The notes: generated from the letters alone by a model not told the origin. A stretch of DNA of 64,000 bases from Candidatus Eiseniibacteriota bacterium (GCA_965224245.1 OZ245046.1:2080001-2144000); one strand, 5' to 3'. Counted from the stretch's first letter, positions 10,124 through 23,691 are shown. Made by a program: numbers and translations.

Positions 10124-12259
10124 TCACACCCCGGCATCGTCGCCCTCGGCCGCGGTGACCGGCTCGGGGACACGTGCGTCGGTGGACAGGATCTCGAGCG
10201 ACGCGCGCAACGTGACGCGGCCGCGATCGGGCACCAGCGGCCAGACCAGAAACACCCGCGTGGACTGGAACACGCGGGTCGGAGCATGTCCGTTCAGCGA
10301 CACCGTCTCGATCGGGAAGCGCAGCACGCGCACCCGCGGCTCCAGCGAGACGTTGACCTCGAAGCCTCTGCGCTCGTCGACGATCCCCCACCGGTCGACG
10401 TCGGGGATCTCGTCCTCGGTCCCGATGTCGTGCGACTCGCCTTCTGCGAATCGCATGTAGCGCCCGGCGCGTCCCGGGGCGCCCAGGCCGAACGTCCACT
10501 CCGTGGCGTACTGCATCCACCCGTCCGGCAGACCGTCGGGGAACGCGAGATGCCACACGACGTCGAAGCGTGCCCGCTCGGGATCGAGAACGACCTCGCG
10601 CTCGATCTCGACCACCGAGCTCTCGACCCGGCAGTTCGCGAAGAGGCGCAGCCGACCGGGCCCCTCGCGCTCCCACTCGTAGCGGGTGCGGGCGGGCGGC
10701 GCGCTGAGGGTGCGGAGGTCCTTGATCGTGGCCAGGGTCACGTCGTCGTCGAACACGTGATCGCGGAGGCTGTACAGCGGGAAGGGATCGTAGTTCAGGT
10801 ACGAGGCCAGGTCGCTCTTCGACTGGCGGCGGCGCCCGCCCTTCGAGCCCGATGCGTCATCGCGCCGCTCCCGGATCGCCGAGTGGTACGACTCCTCGCG
10901 ACGTGCGACCGTGTCGCACAGGTTCACCGCCCTGGGCTTCAGGTCCAGCGCGATCAGCGTGCCGCCGTCGTGGGGCGCCAGCGTCAGCGCCAGCTCGCGG
11001 TTCTCGACCACGACCTCGTCGTCTCCGTCCAGGTCGATGTCGCGATGACTGAAGCGCTGGAACGGCTCGTCGCCGTGCTCCATCCGATCCATCAGCTCCC
11101 AGGCGCGGATCTGGTTGGTGAACACGGCGCGACGCAGCTGCGGCGCGTACACGCCCCCGTGTACGCCGTGCCAGTACGCGCCGTGACTCAGCGAGCGCCA
11201 GACCAGTCGCCGTGCCTCGGCGACCCGTTCGGGATCGGCCCCGCGATCCTCCAGCGCCTGCACCCGACGCAGGAGATCCAGGCCGCGCTTGTGCATCCAG
11301 TTGGCCTCGGGGTAGCGCACGAGAAAGTTGCGCCAGTAGCCCATACCGAGGAATCGATCGAGTCCGTTGCCTTCCTGCTCCAGACGCGTGCGCAGCGAGT
11401 GATGGCGGCGCTGTGCCTCGGGGGGGATGGACCACTCCATCATCTCGCCGTACGTTCCGGTGGGCAGGTAGAGCTGCCCGGCGGCCTCGACGCCCTCGAC
11501 CACCTCTTCCAGCGTGCACGTCTGGAGTCGATGGTGCTCGCGCTCGAGAAGCGCGAAGAAACGGGAGAGCCAGCGTCCCTCCTGGACGCGCTCGAACGAG
11601 CCCGGCCACGCGCCGAACTTGGCGCCGTCGTCGGCGAAGACGGCCACCCTTCCGCCGCCGGTCTGGCGCTTCAGGAGCTGCGCGACGACCTCCTCGGGCT
11701 TCGCCGCGGGGATGAGATCGCGGAGGCTCCGCGGGACCGGAAAGACGCGGATGGGCATTCCCTCGTCCTCGGTCACGAACGAGTCGTACAGGCGCTTGTC
11801 GAGCACACCGATCCGCAGAAACGGCGTGTCGTCCAGCGGCATGTACTCGATGCCCGCCTGGCCGATGACCTTGGGCAGGGACGGCTCCCAGACGCGCTCG
11901 GCGAGCCACAGCCCCCTGGGCACGACGCCGAAGGTGCGCTCGATCAGCTCCTGGTGGGCGCGGATCTGCGCGACGCGCTCGCGCTCGGGGATGATCGCGA
12001 GAATGGGTTCGAAGATCGGCGACGAGAGCAGCTCGACCTGTCCCCGGTCGACCAGCTGCGAGAGGAGCTCCACGTACGCGGGCCGGCTGGCGATGAGCCA
12101 CTCGAGCAGCGAGCCCGAGTTGTGGAGAACCACGCGAATCGACGGATGCTCGGAGATGGTCACGAGGACCGGCCAGTACGCGCGCTCGTACGCCTCCTCC
12201 ACGGCGCGGCGGGACTGCCCTTCGGGCTGGTGGTTGTGCAAGCAGAACACGAACCTCAT
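10124..12259 (-). CDS. Glycoside hydrolase family 57 (alpha-amylase/4-alpha-glucanotransferase-like)
   Basis: LHNHQP, HNSGSLLEW, GLWLAERVWEP, DDGAKFG, YGEMMEW, WRNFLVRYPEANWMHKR, YWHGVHGGVY. Confidence 0.88.
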   Translation of the reverse strand: MRFVFCLHNHQPEGQSRRAVEEAYERAYWPVLVTISEHPSIRVVLHNSGSLLEWLIASRPAYVELLSQLVDRGQVELLSSPIFEPILAIIPERERVAQIRAHQELIERTFGVVPRGLWLAERVWEPSLPKVIGQAGIEYMPLDDTPFLRIGVLDKRLYDSFVTEDEGMPIRVFPVPRSLRDLIPAAKPEEVVAQLLKRQTGGGRVAVFADDGAKFGAWPGSFERVQEGRWLSRFFALLEREHHRLQTCTLEEVVEGVEAAGQLYLPTGTYGEMMEWSIPPEAQRRHHSLRTRLEQEGNGLDRFLGMGYWRNFLVRYPEANWMHKRGLDLLRRVQALEDRGADPERVAEARRLVWRSLSHGAYWHGVHGGVYAPQLRRAVFTNQIRAWELMDRMEHGDEPFQRFSHRDIDLDGDDEVVVENRELALTLAPHDGGTLIALDLKPRAVNLCDTVARREESYHSAIRERRDDASGSKGGRRRQSKSDLASYLNYDPFPLYSLRDHVFDDDVTLATIKDLRTLSAPPARTRYEWEREGPGRLRLFANCRVESSVVEIEREVVLDPERARFDVVWHLAFPDGLPDGWMQYATEWTFGLGAPGRAGRYMRFAEGESHDIGTEDEIPDVDRWGIVDERRGFEVNVSLEPRVRVLRFPIETVSLNGHAPTRVFQSTRVFLVWPLVPDRGRVTLRASLEILSTDARVPEPVTAAEGDDAGV

Positions 12260-12756
12260 GTGCCCTCGATCCTCTCGTTCACCGCGTGCACGCTCGGGAG
12301 CGGCACGGCATCGTCGCCCGGGAGCGCCCGAAACGTGCTTCGTATGCCGGCCGTGGCCAGGCGCTCGAACGCGGCCGCCTCGGCGCGCGTCAGCTGTAGA
12401 TCGTCGCGGAAGCGCACCCGATCCGGGGCCGCGTGCAGGCCGCCGACGTTGATCTCATGCACCCGCACCCCTCGCTCGACCAGCGCTTCGACCGCCTCGG
12501 GTCCGCGCACCAGCACCAGCGTGACCGGGGCGTCGAACCGCCCCGCCGCGTAGGCCGTGGTGAACGCGTCGATCGTGATCACCTCGACCGGAACGTCGTC
12601 GGGCGCCGATGCCTCGTACACCTCGCGCTCCCACGCGTCCGCGGCCGCGCGGTCGTCGGCCACGACGATCCGATCGAGCGCCATCGTCGGCACCCACCCG
12701 TGGGAGACCTGACCGTGAAGCAGGCGATCGTCGACCCGCACCAGTGCGATCGGCAC
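12256..12756 (-). CDS. PTS mannose/fructose/sorbose family EIIB component
   Basis: LVRVDDRLLHGQV motif, INVGG. Confidence 0.9.
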   Translation of the reverse strand: MPIALVRVDDRLLHGQVSHGWVPTMALDRIVVADDRAAADAWEREVYEASAPDDVPVEVITIDAFTTAYAAGRFDAPVTLVLVRGPEAVEALVERGVRVHEINVGGLHAAPDRVRFRDDLQLTRAEAAAFERLATAGIRSTFRALPGDDAVPLPSVHAVNERIEGT

Positions 12757-12757
12757 G

Positions 12758-13153
12758 TCAGCCGCTCTCCGTGCGGGCGTCGTGAATCCCGCGCCGTCCC
12801 TTCATGATGACGCGCTCCACGAGCGCCCCGGCCTCCAGCCGGGCGCGATAGTGACAGAACTCGAGCAGCATGGGAAGGTTGACCCCGGCAACACTCTGAC
12901 ATCGTGTGTGTTGCGAGGCCAGGAGCCGGCACGCGGTCTCGCAGCTGCCTCCCGCGAGGTCGGTGAAGAGGACCAGGTCGTCGCCCGGCCCGAGCGCCTC
13001 GATGGCGCCCTCTACCCGCTCGCGGATCGCGTCGGCCGAGAGCCCGGCGTTGGAGATGACGTTCACGCCGTCCTGGGGCCCGAGAAAGCCCTCCACCGCC
13101 TCCACGAGCGCCTCACCCACGCGGCCGTGTGTGACGAGGAGCGCGCGGATCAC
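12758..13153 (-). CDS. PTS mannose-family EIIA component
   Basis: LLVTHG, TDLAGGS, AGVNLPMLLE motifs. Confidence 0.9.
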   Translation of the reverse strand: MIRALLVTHGRVGEALVEAVEGFLGPQDGVNVISNAGLSADAIRERVEGAIEALGPGDDLVLFTDLAGGSCETACRLLASQHTRCQSVAGVNLPMLLEFCHYRARLEAGALVERVIMKGRRGIHDARTESG

Positions 13154-13193
13154 CGCCGGCCTCTCCGCCCGAGGGGCCGCGGCCCGCGGCGCG

Positions 13194-14168
13194 TCACTCG
13201 CGATCCCCGCGCGCGATGGCCTGGAACTGCAGGCGCTTCTTCTGCTCCATCGTGCGCAGAAGGCGCTCGGAGAAGGCCTGCGCCGGATTGTACCCGTAGG
13301 CCTTCACGAGATAGTTCAGCGCGATGACCTCGGCGATGACCGTGATGTTCTTGCCCGGGAAAATGGGAATCTCGACCATCGGGATCTCGACCCCGAGGAT
13401 CCGGGCGGTCTTGTTCTCGAGCCCCAGACGTTCGTAGTCCTCGCTGGAGTCCCAGTCCCGGAGATTGACCTCGACCTCGACGCGCTTCTGTCCGCGGATA
13501 GCCCGGATTCCGAACACGGCCTGCACGTCGATGATCCCCAGTCCGCGGATCTCCACGTGGTGGGTGACGACCGCGTTCGAGGCCCCGATCAGGATGTTGT
13601 CCTGGACCCGCTTGATCGACACGATGTCGTCGGCGACCAGCCGGTGGCCGCGCTCGACGAGATCCAGTGCACACTCGCTCTTGCCGATGGCCGAGCGCCC
13701 GGTGAACAGGAGCCCCACGCCGTACACGTCGACCAGGCTCGCGTGCACGCTCAGCTCGGGCGCGAACGCCTCCTCGAGGATCGCCGCCAGTCGATGCTGG
13801 AAGGTCGTCGTGCCCAGCTCGGTCTGGAACAGCGGCGTTCCCGAGCGGTTCGCCTCCTGGATGAGGAGATCCTGGGCGGACGTGGTGTGCGCCACCACCA
13901 CGCACGGCATCTTGAACGAGAAGAGCCGCTCGATGGCGATGCGCTGGTTGTCGGCATCGAGCGACGACAGGTACGCCTGCTCGACCTCGCCCAGAACCTG
14001 CACGCGTTCGCTGAGGAACGACTCCCGATACCCCGCCAGAAGCAGCCCGGGTCGATTGAGGTCGGACTGGGTGATCGGGATGGGCCCCTCGACCTGCTCG
14101 GTGAGGGCGTTGAGCGAGAGCTCGGAGCGATGATCCTCATAAAACTGGGAGACGCTGATGGTCTTCAT
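13194..14168 (-). CDS. hprK: HPr kinase/phosphorylase
   Basis: NRPGLLLAG, GLLFTGRSAIGKSECALDLVERGHRLVADD, EIRGLGII, PGKNITVIAEV. Confidence 0.96.
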   Translation of the reverse strand: MKTISVSQFYEDHRSELSLNALTEQVEGPIPITQSDLNRPGLLLAGYRESFLSERVQVLGEVEQAYLSSLDADNQRIAIERLFSFKMPCVVVAHTTSAQDLLIQEANRSGTPLFQTELGTTTFQHRLAAILEEAFAPELSVHASLVDVYGVGLLFTGRSAIGKSECALDLVERGHRLVADDIVSIKRVQDNILIGASNAVVTHHVEIRGLGIIDVQAVFGIRAIRGQKRVEVEVNLRDWDSSEDYERLGLENKTARILGVEIPMVEIPIFPGKNITVIAEVIALNYLVKAYGYNPAQAFSERLLRTMEQKKRLQFQAIARGDRE

Positions 14169-14222
14169 GGGGCTCTCTTCGGGGCCGCGTCGAGCCGTGC
14201 CCGATCGCGCCCCCGAGACGTC

Positions 14223-14594
14223 CTAGTCGGTTTCGGCGGCCTCGCCCGCCTCGGACTCGGCTTGCTTGGCCGCGATCACCGAGCTGGTCGACTCGGCCTT
14301 CTCGCGCCGATCGACGAGCTTGTTCTTGTGCTTCTTGACCTGGCGCTCGAGTCGGTCGATCGCGCCGTCGATCGACGTCACGACGTCGGTGGTCTCCTCG
14401 CGGCTCACGAGGTCGGGGCCTCCGGCCACCTTCAGCGAGATCTCGGTCTGGTAGCGGAACTTCTCCTTGGTGATCGTCACGGTGGCATCGAATATCTTGC
14501 CGAAGTAGCGATCGAGGCGCTGCAGCTTCTCCTCGGCGTGCTCGCGTGTCTTCGGACTCAGCTCGAAATGGCGTGCCGTGGTCGTGATGTCCAT
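14223..14594 (-). CDS. hpf: Ribosome hibernation promoting factor (HPF/RaiA)
   Basis: MDITTTARHFELS..REHAEEKLQRLDRYF, SIDGAIDRLERQVKKHK; directly downstream of rpoN. Confidence 0.9.
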   Translation of the reverse strand: MDITTTARHFELSPKTREHAEEKLQRLDRYFGKIFDATVTITKEKFRYQTEISLKVAGGPDLVSREETTDVVTSIDGAIDRLERQVKKHKNKLVDRREKAESTSSVIAAKQAESEAGEAAETD

Positions 14595-14693
14595 CGGAGC
14601 GTCCTCTCCTTCTGCGACTCGATCCGCCGGGTTCTCGTCGCGTCGCGACCGGTTCGGCGAAACACTCACACGATCGGCGACCCGATCACGCGC

Positions 14694-16103
14694 TCAGAAC
14701 CGCTTCCGGTAGCGCGCGGTCGGGATGCCGAGTTGCTCACGATACTTCGCGACCGTGCGCCGCGCGATGCGCACGCCGCGGTCGCCCAGGATGTCGGCGA
14801 TCTTCTGATCGGACAGCGGGCGTTGCTTGTCCTCCTCGTCGATCAGCTGCGAGATGATGTCTCGGGCGGAGCGGGCGCTCATGTCGCCGCCGTCGTGGCG
14901 GGCGATGGCGGCCGAGAAGAAGTACTTCAGCTCGAAGACCCCGCGCGGCGTCTGCACGTACTTCCCGCGGGTGACCCGGCTCACCGTGGACTCGTGCATC
15001 CCGATGCGATCGGCGATCTGGCTCAGGGTGAGCGGCTTCAGATGGCTGACACCCTTCTCGAAGAACTCGCTCTGCACGTCCACGATGCAGGTCATGACCT
15101 TGATCATCGTCTTCCGGCGCTGCTCGATCGTCTGGATGAGCCACCTCGCGCTGTTGAGCTTGCCCTCGATGTACTCGCGTGCGCCGTCGGCGTCCTTGCC
15201 GCCGCGCAGGACGCTCTCGTACGCCGAGCTGATGCGGATGCGCGGCACGTTGCGATCGTTCAAGTAGACCTCGTACTTGCCGCTGACGCGCTCGACGACC
15301 AGATCGGGGATCACGTACCGCGGGTCCTCGGATTCGATCTCGCCGCCGGGGTTCAGGCTCAGCATGGCGAGATGATCCTTGGCCAGCTGGACGTCCTCGT
15401 CGGAGACCGACAGGGCACGGGCGATCTCGTGGTGTCGGTTCTTGAGCATGTCGTCGTAGTGATCGTGAATGATCTGGTAGGCGAGCGTGTCGTCCTCGCC
15501 GCGAACCCGGAGCTGGATCAGGAGCCCCTCGCGGTGATCGCGCGCCCCGACGCCCGCGGGCTCGAAGGTCTGAATGACGGCCAGCACGTTCTCGAGCTGC
15601 TCGACCGTCCATCCCGACGTCTCGGCGATCGTCTCCAGCGGCTCGACCAGGAAGCCCCGCTCGTCCAGCGATCCGATCAGGTACTCGCCGATCTCGAGCG
15701 CCTCGGCATCGCCGACGCCGAGCCGCAGCTGACCCAGGAGGTGCTCGTGCAGCGATACCTCGGTCACGCGGACCTTCTCGAAGAACTCGGTGTCCTCGGA
15801 CTCGCGACGCACCGCCGCCATGTCTCGGTCGTCCTGGTAGAACTCGGCCCAGTCGGGCTCGGTGCGGTCCTCGGGACGCTCCTTGTCGTCGGGCGTCAGC
15901 TGCTCTTCCTGGACCTTCTCCGTCTCCTCGTTCTCGAGATTGAGATCGACCTCCTCGAGAATCGGGTTCGTCAGGATCTCTTCCTTGAGCATCTGCTCGA
16001 GCTCGAGCGCGGGCATCTGGAGGATCTTCAGCGCCTGCTGAAGCCGGGGGGTCATGATGAGCTGCTGGCTCTGTCGGAGCTGCAGCCCAGGCTTCATTTC
16101 CAT
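14694..16103 (-). CDS. rpoN: RNA polymerase sigma-54 factor
   Basis: Q-rich region I (LQQALKILQMP), HESTVSR, RpoN box ARRTVAKYRE. Confidence 0.97.
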   Translation of the reverse strand: MEMKPGLQLRQSQQLIMTPRLQQALKILQMPALELEQMLKEEILTNPILEEVDLNLENEETEKVQEEQLTPDDKERPEDRTEPDWAEFYQDDRDMAAVRRESEDTEFFEKVRVTEVSLHEHLLGQLRLGVGDAEALEIGEYLIGSLDERGFLVEPLETIAETSGWTVEQLENVLAVIQTFEPAGVGARDHREGLLIQLRVRGEDDTLAYQIIHDHYDDMLKNRHHEIARALSVSDEDVQLAKDHLAMLSLNPGGEIESEDPRYVIPDLVVERVSGKYEVYLNDRNVPRIRISSAYESVLRGGKDADGAREYIEGKLNSARWLIQTIEQRRKTMIKVMTCIVDVQSEFFEKGVSHLKPLTLSQIADRIGMHESTVSRVTRGKYVQTPRGVFELKYFFSAAIARHDGGDMSARSARDIISQLIDEEDKQRPLSDQKIADILGDRGVRIARRTVAKYREQLGIPTARYRKRF

Positions 16104-16202
16104 CTGTGGCTTCCGTTCCTCCGCGACGGCGACGGCCGCCATCGTCGGACGACCCCGCGTCCGGGCGCGGCGCCGGGTCGACACGAGAGCGTCACTCCGG
16201 CG

Positions 16203-16937
16203 CTAGAGCCGAAACGCCGCTCCCAGATAGAGCTTTCTGGCCGTGGGGTCGTTCGCGAGCTCCTCGGGCGACCCCGAGATGAGTATGCGGCCTTCGAACA
16301 TCAGGTACGCTCGATCGGTCGTGTTGAGCGTCTCACGGACGTTGTGATCGGTTATGAGCACTCCGAGACCGCGTCTCTTCAGGTCGCCGACGATCTGTTG
16401 AATATCGGCGACCGCGATCGGATCGATACCGACAAACGGTTCGTCTAGCAAGATGAAAGATGGCTTCGTCACCAGCACACGCGCGATCTCGACGCGGCGG
16501 CGTTCGCCGCCGGACAGCTGATACCCGCGACGATCCACGATGTGACCGATGTCGAGCTCCTCGAGCGCTTGCTGGAGTCGCGAGGCGCGCGCCTCGCGGT
16601 CCAGATCGAGCGTCTCCAGGATCGCCATCACGTTGTCACGCACCGTGAGTTTACGAAAAATCGAGGGCTCTTGGGCGAGATATCCAATCCCGAGCCTCGC
16701 GCGGCGATGCATGGCGAGATCGGTGATGTCGCGCCGGTCCAGGTAGATGCGCCCGCCGTCGGGGCGCTCGTTCCCGACGATCATTCGAAACGTCGTCGTC
16801 TTGCCCGCGCCGTTGGGGCCCAAGAGCCCCACCACCTCGCCGGGCTCGACGGCGAGATCGACCTCGCGCACCGCCTCCAGCTTCCCGTACCGCTTGACGA
16901 GCTGTTCGACCTCGAGCGCTCGTGTCGTCGTGTCCAC
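16203..16937 (-). CDS. lptB: LPS export ABC transporter ATP-binding protein
   Basis: GLLGPNGAGKTT, GIGYLAQEPSIFRKLTV, LSGGERRRVEIAR, LDEPFVGIDPIAV, ITDHNVRETL; lptC-lptB-rpoN synteny. Confidence 0.95.
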   Translation of the reverse strand: MDTTTRALEVEQLVKRYGKLEAVREVDLAVEPGEVVGLLGPNGAGKTTTFRMIVGNERPDGGRIYLDRRDITDLAMHRRARLGIGYLAQEPSIFRKLTVRDNVMAILETLDLDREARASRLQQALEELDIGHIVDRRGYQLSGGERRRVEIARVLVTKPSFILLDEPFVGIDPIAVADIQQIVGDLKRRGLGVLITDHNVRETLNTTDRAYLMFEGRILISGSPEELANDPTARKLYLGAAFRL

Positions 16938-16944
16938 GCGCCAC

Positions 16945-17628
16945 CTACTCCGGGACGCCGACACCGCCGGTGCCGTCGGGGTCCGTGTCTCGGTCGGGAG
17001 CACCGTCGAGCGCATCGTCGTCCTCGATCACCGTGCCCTCGAAGTCCTCGAGGATCTCGAACGAATCCAGCTCGGGATCGGAGACGAGCCCGACCCCGGT
17101 GTACAGGTTTCGGCCTTGCACGATCCGGACGGCCGCATCGCTTCGGATGAGGCGGTCGCGCTCGTTCCACTCCAGAACCTCGGTCTCCAGGCGCTCCCCG
17201 TCGGGCGTGATCACGACGACGTTCGAGCGCGCGACCAGACGCCGCGTGGGGCCGGTCACCTCACCCTCGTCCGCGGTCAGCGTGGAGGACAGCTCGCCGT
17301 CGGAGTCGAAGAATCGAACGGTCACGCCGTGCAGCTCGGTGTGTGGCGGATCCTCGTGCTGGCGCGCCTCTTCGGCCTCGAGCTCCCACTTCGTGCGCCC
17401 GAGCTCGGTCTCTCGCACGCGGAGGCCCCAGCTCTGCTGGGACGTGCTCAGCGTGTCGGTCACCGGCGAGGTCGCCTCGGGGTCGCGCGCGCATCCGAGC
17501 AACGCCAGCACCAGCGCCGAGCTCGTCACCACGACCCGGACCGTGATGACCCGGGCCGCGACCACGCGGGCCCCGACTGCGCGGGCCGCGATCGCGCGTG
17601 CGGGTGTCCGCGCGCGATGCGGCCTCAT
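16945..17628 (-). CDS. lptC: LPS export protein LptC-like
   Basis: Lipobox-like LLGC, WELEAEEA, LTADEG, LETEVLEW, jellyroll-like strands; upstream of lptB. Start uncertain. Confidence 0.8.
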   Translation of the reverse strand: MRPHRARTPARAIAARAVGARVVAARVITVRVVVTSSALVLALLGCARDPEATSPVTDTLSTSQQSWGLRVRETELGRTKWELEAEEARQHEDPPHTELHGVTVRFFDSDGELSSTLTADEGEVTGPTRRLVARSNVVVITPDGERLETEVLEWNERDRLIRSDAAVRIVQGRNLYTGVGLVSDPELDSFEILEDFEGTVIEDDDALDGAPDRDTDPDGTGGVGVPE

Positions 17629-17641
17629 CGGACCGCGCGCG

Positions 17642-18589
17642 TCAGGCGGGAGGCGCATCTTTCCACCGTTCATGAAACCAGGCCCACTGTGCGGGATCCT
17701 CCCGGATCCACTCCTCGATCGCGGCCGTCCACGCGGTCGTCAACCTCGAGACCTCGGCGTGCCGAGGTCTCGACGGGTCGGCGTGGAGCACGGGGCCGAC
17801 GCGTACCTGCCAGCCGCCCCTCGCGGACCGGCGGACTACCATAGGAACGATCGGCACGCGGCACAAGACGGCCAGTGTCGCCGGTCCTCCCGACAACCAC
17901 GCCGGCGCCCCGAGAAAGGTTCCCGCGATGCGTCGTCCGCGGGGGGTCTGGTCGGCCGCGATGGTCAGTGTCTCGCCTCTTCCGAGCGCACGCGCACACG
18001 CCAGCGCATCGGCTCTCGAGATCAGACGCACCCCCGCGCGGGTCCTGAGCGCCCCGACGAGTCGATCCAGACGCGCTTCGCGAACCCTCCGCACCACCGC
18101 GGCCACGCCGCCGGCGCGGCGCCGGGCCAGGATCGACGGCAGGAGCTCCCAGGGGCCGAGATGCGCCGTCACCACGATCAGCCCGCCCCCGGGGAGCGCA
18201 TCCCATCGTCCACGCTCGAGCGGGATCTGATCCAGCCACGACCGGCCGCGCCGCCCCAGGCGTGCGGTATCGACCGCGTGGCGGCCCATCTCGGCGAACG
18301 CGGCCACCCCGACCCGCCGGCGCCACGACGACGTGGCATCGGGGTACGCCACCCGGAGCTGTTCGTCCACGAGACCACGCTGACCGGGCATCAGCGCGCG
18401 CACGAGGGGGGCCAGCGCCCCGACCAGACGGCCGGTGGGACGGGTCGGCGCGTGGGCCAGCGTGGCCACGAGGGCGCGCGCGACGTGATAGCGCATCCAT
18501 CGACGGTGCGGCTTCAGCGCCCGCGGAACGAGTCCGCGACCGGCGCGCGTGCGCCGCGCCGCCAGACCGGCGGTCATGGCCGCAGGCAC
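17642..18589 (-). CDS. Lipid A biosynthesis lauroyl/lysophospholipid acyltransferase (LpxL/HtrB family)
   Basis: TAHLGPWE, ADQ, IREDPAQWAWFHERWK. Confidence 0.85.
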   Translation of the reverse strand: MPAAMTAGLAARRTRAGRGLVPRALKPHRRWMRYHVARALVATLAHAPTRPTGRLVGALAPLVRALMPGQRGLVDEQLRVAYPDATSSWRRRVGVAAFAEMGRHAVDTARLGRRGRSWLDQIPLERGRWDALPGGGLIVVTAHLGPWELLPSILARRRAGGVAAVVRRVREARLDRLVGALRTRAGVRLISRADALACARALGRGETLTIAADQTPRGRRIAGTFLGAPAWLSGGPATLAVLCRVPIVPMVVRRSARGGWQVRVGPVLHADPSRPRHAEVSRLTTAWTAAIEEWIREDPAQWAWFHERWKDAPPA

Positions 18590-19547
18590 TCGTGCAGGTG
18601 CACGACGCCGATCGGGACGCCGGACGGATCCACGACCACGAGCGAGGTGATCGCCCCTCGCGGGTTGTTCTCCATGCGCTCGACCGCCGAGGCCACGAGC
18701 GCGTCGGGGCCGATCGTCTTGGGCTCGCGGGACATCACGTCGCCCACGGGCAGCGCCATCGGGTTCTCGTGCTTCAGCAGGATCCGCTTGAGATCGCCGT
18801 CGGTCAGGACGCCGACCAGCTTGCCGCCGTCGTCGACGACGGTCGTCATGCCGAGCGCGCCACGGAGGATCTCGACGAGCGCGTCGCGCAGGCTGGCCGC
18901 AGCCGGCACGCGCGGCAGCGCCTCACCCACCGCCATCACGTCACGGACCCGCCGCGCGATCTGCCGGCCGATCACGCCGCCCGGATGCAGGAACGCGAAG
19001 TCGGCCTCGCGAAATCCCCGCTCCTCCATGACCACGACGGCCAGCGCATCCCCCACCGCCAGCATCGCGGTCGTGCTCGTGGTCGGCACCAGGCTGACCG
19101 ACCCCGCCTCGGGCGCGTCGCCGCATCTCACGATCGCGCCTGCCGCCCGGGCCAGCGGACTGTCGGCGCGCGCGGTCAGCACCACGATGGGCACGCCCAC
19201 GCGTTCGAGCGCGGGCACCAGCCGCAGAAGCTCCTCGGTGGCGCCGGTCTTGGAGCACAGGATGGCCACGTCGTCGCGCCGGAGCACGCCGAGGTCGCCG
19301 TGCGCGGCGTCGACCGCGTGCATGAAGACCGCGGGAGATCCGGTGCTGGTCAGCGTCGCGGCGATCTTTCGCGCGACGAGGCCCGACTTCCCCACACCCA
19401 CCAGCACCACGCGCCCGGTCGCCCCGAGGACGAGTTCGACGGCCTCCGCGAAGCCGTCGTCGAGCGACTCCGACGCGGCCGCGAGCCCGGATGCCTCCGA
19501 CGCGATGACGTCCCGTGCCCGGCGGACGAGGCGCATTCGCCGTTCCG

Positions 19548-19551
<4 letters not shown>
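18574..19551 (-). CDS. kdsD: Arabinose-5-phosphate isomerase (KpsF/GutQ, SIS+CBS)
   Basis: GVGKSGLVARKIAATLTSTG, AHGDLG, PTTSTT, HPGG, C-terminal CBS pair. Confidence 0.95.
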
Positions 19552-22739
<3,188 letters not shown>

Positions 22740-22840
22740 CACGCATCCTGACGGCGGTGGTCGCCTCGGTGTGCCGGCCGAGTGCTCGACCGGAGTGCGC
22801 TGACCCGGGAACGCCGAGTGGGTAACACCAGGTCCCACGG

Positions 22841-22869
22841 AGATTAGAGACGTCGTGCGCGAGCGTCAA
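22841..22869 (-). promoter_or_regulatory. Putative sigma70 promoter for the kdsB-pyrG operon
   Basis: TTGACG-17 nt-TAATCT on the minus strand. Confidence 0.6.
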
Positions 22870-22992
22870 CCGCGGAGATCGGGGCCGCCCGCCTCCCCGC
22901 CGCCGGGCGCGAGCAGACGTCGCGGCGAGCGCCGGACATGCGAACGCCCGCACCGGACCGGCGCGGGCGAAGACGAACGGGACCGGGGATGT

Positions 22993-23253
22993 CTACGACT
23001 CGACCGGATAGACCGAGATGCGCTTGCGGCGCTTGCCCACGCGCTCGAACGCGACGGTGCCGTCGATGATCGCGAACAGCGAGTCGTCGCCGGCGCGCTT
23101 CACGTTGTTGCCCGGGTGGAACTTCGTGCCACGCTGGCGAACCAGGATCGACCCCGCGGTCACGCGCTCTCCCCCGAACGCCTTCACGCCCAGGTACTGC
23201 GGGTTCGAGTCGCGGCCGTTCCGGGAGCTGCCGCCGGCTTTCTTGTGCGCCAT
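22993..23253 (-). CDS. rpmA: 50S ribosomal protein L27
   Basis: [29 protein letters not shown]. Confidence 0.98.
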   Translation of the reverse strand: MAHKKAGGSSRNGRDSNPQYLGVKAFGGERVTAGSILVRQRGTKFHPGNNVKRAGDDSLFAIIDGTVAFERVGKRRKRISVYPVES

Positions 23254-23308
23254 CTCGCGTATCCTCCAAGCCCGTTCCGGGCGACCGGCGGGGCCGGTCC
23301 GGCCGGGG

Positions 23309-23617
23309 TCAGGCCGAGATCTTCGTGATCTTCAGCTCGGTGAAGTCTTGACGGTGACCGTTCTTTCGGTGGTAGTCGCGCCGGCGCAGAAACTTGCCGA
23401 CGAGCACCTTCTTGCCGCGTCCATGCGAGACCACCTCGGCTTCCACGGACGTGCCGTCCACCGTGGGAGAGCCGACGCGGACCTCGTCGCCGCCGACGAA
23501 GAGCACCCGATCCATCACGACGGTGGCGCCGACCGCCTCGTCGCACTTCGGCACGCGGATCGTCTGATCCTCGGCCACCTTGAACTGAAATCCCTTGAAA
23601 TCGACAATGGCGTACAT
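23309..23617 (-). CDS. rplU: 50S ribosomal protein L21
   Basis: [25 protein letters not shown]; adjacent to rpmA. Confidence 0.97.
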   Translation of the reverse strand: MYAIVDFKGFQFKVAEDQTIRVPKCDEAVGATVVMDRVLFVGGDEVRVGSPTVDGTSVEAEVVSHGRGKKVLVGKFLRRRDYHRKNGHRQDFTELKITKISA

Positions 23618-23691
23618 CGCCCGACGCTCCACTGGAAGGGCCCCCACGAGCGGAGACCCGGACTACCCCTCGAAGATAATCAAAGGCGGGG

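Noticed and set aside
12906-16448. 1180-aa plus-strand ORF, and similar long ORFs such as 16922-19888, 3987-6608 and 10019-12553
   Set aside because: Antisense shadows of well-supported minus-strand genes; expected in high-GC DNA and with no recognisable motifs.
16203-16700. AT-richer codon usage in lptB as a sign of horizontal transfer or an internal rpoN promoter
   Set aside because: The gene is in its normal syntenic position and I found no convincing -35/-10 pair.
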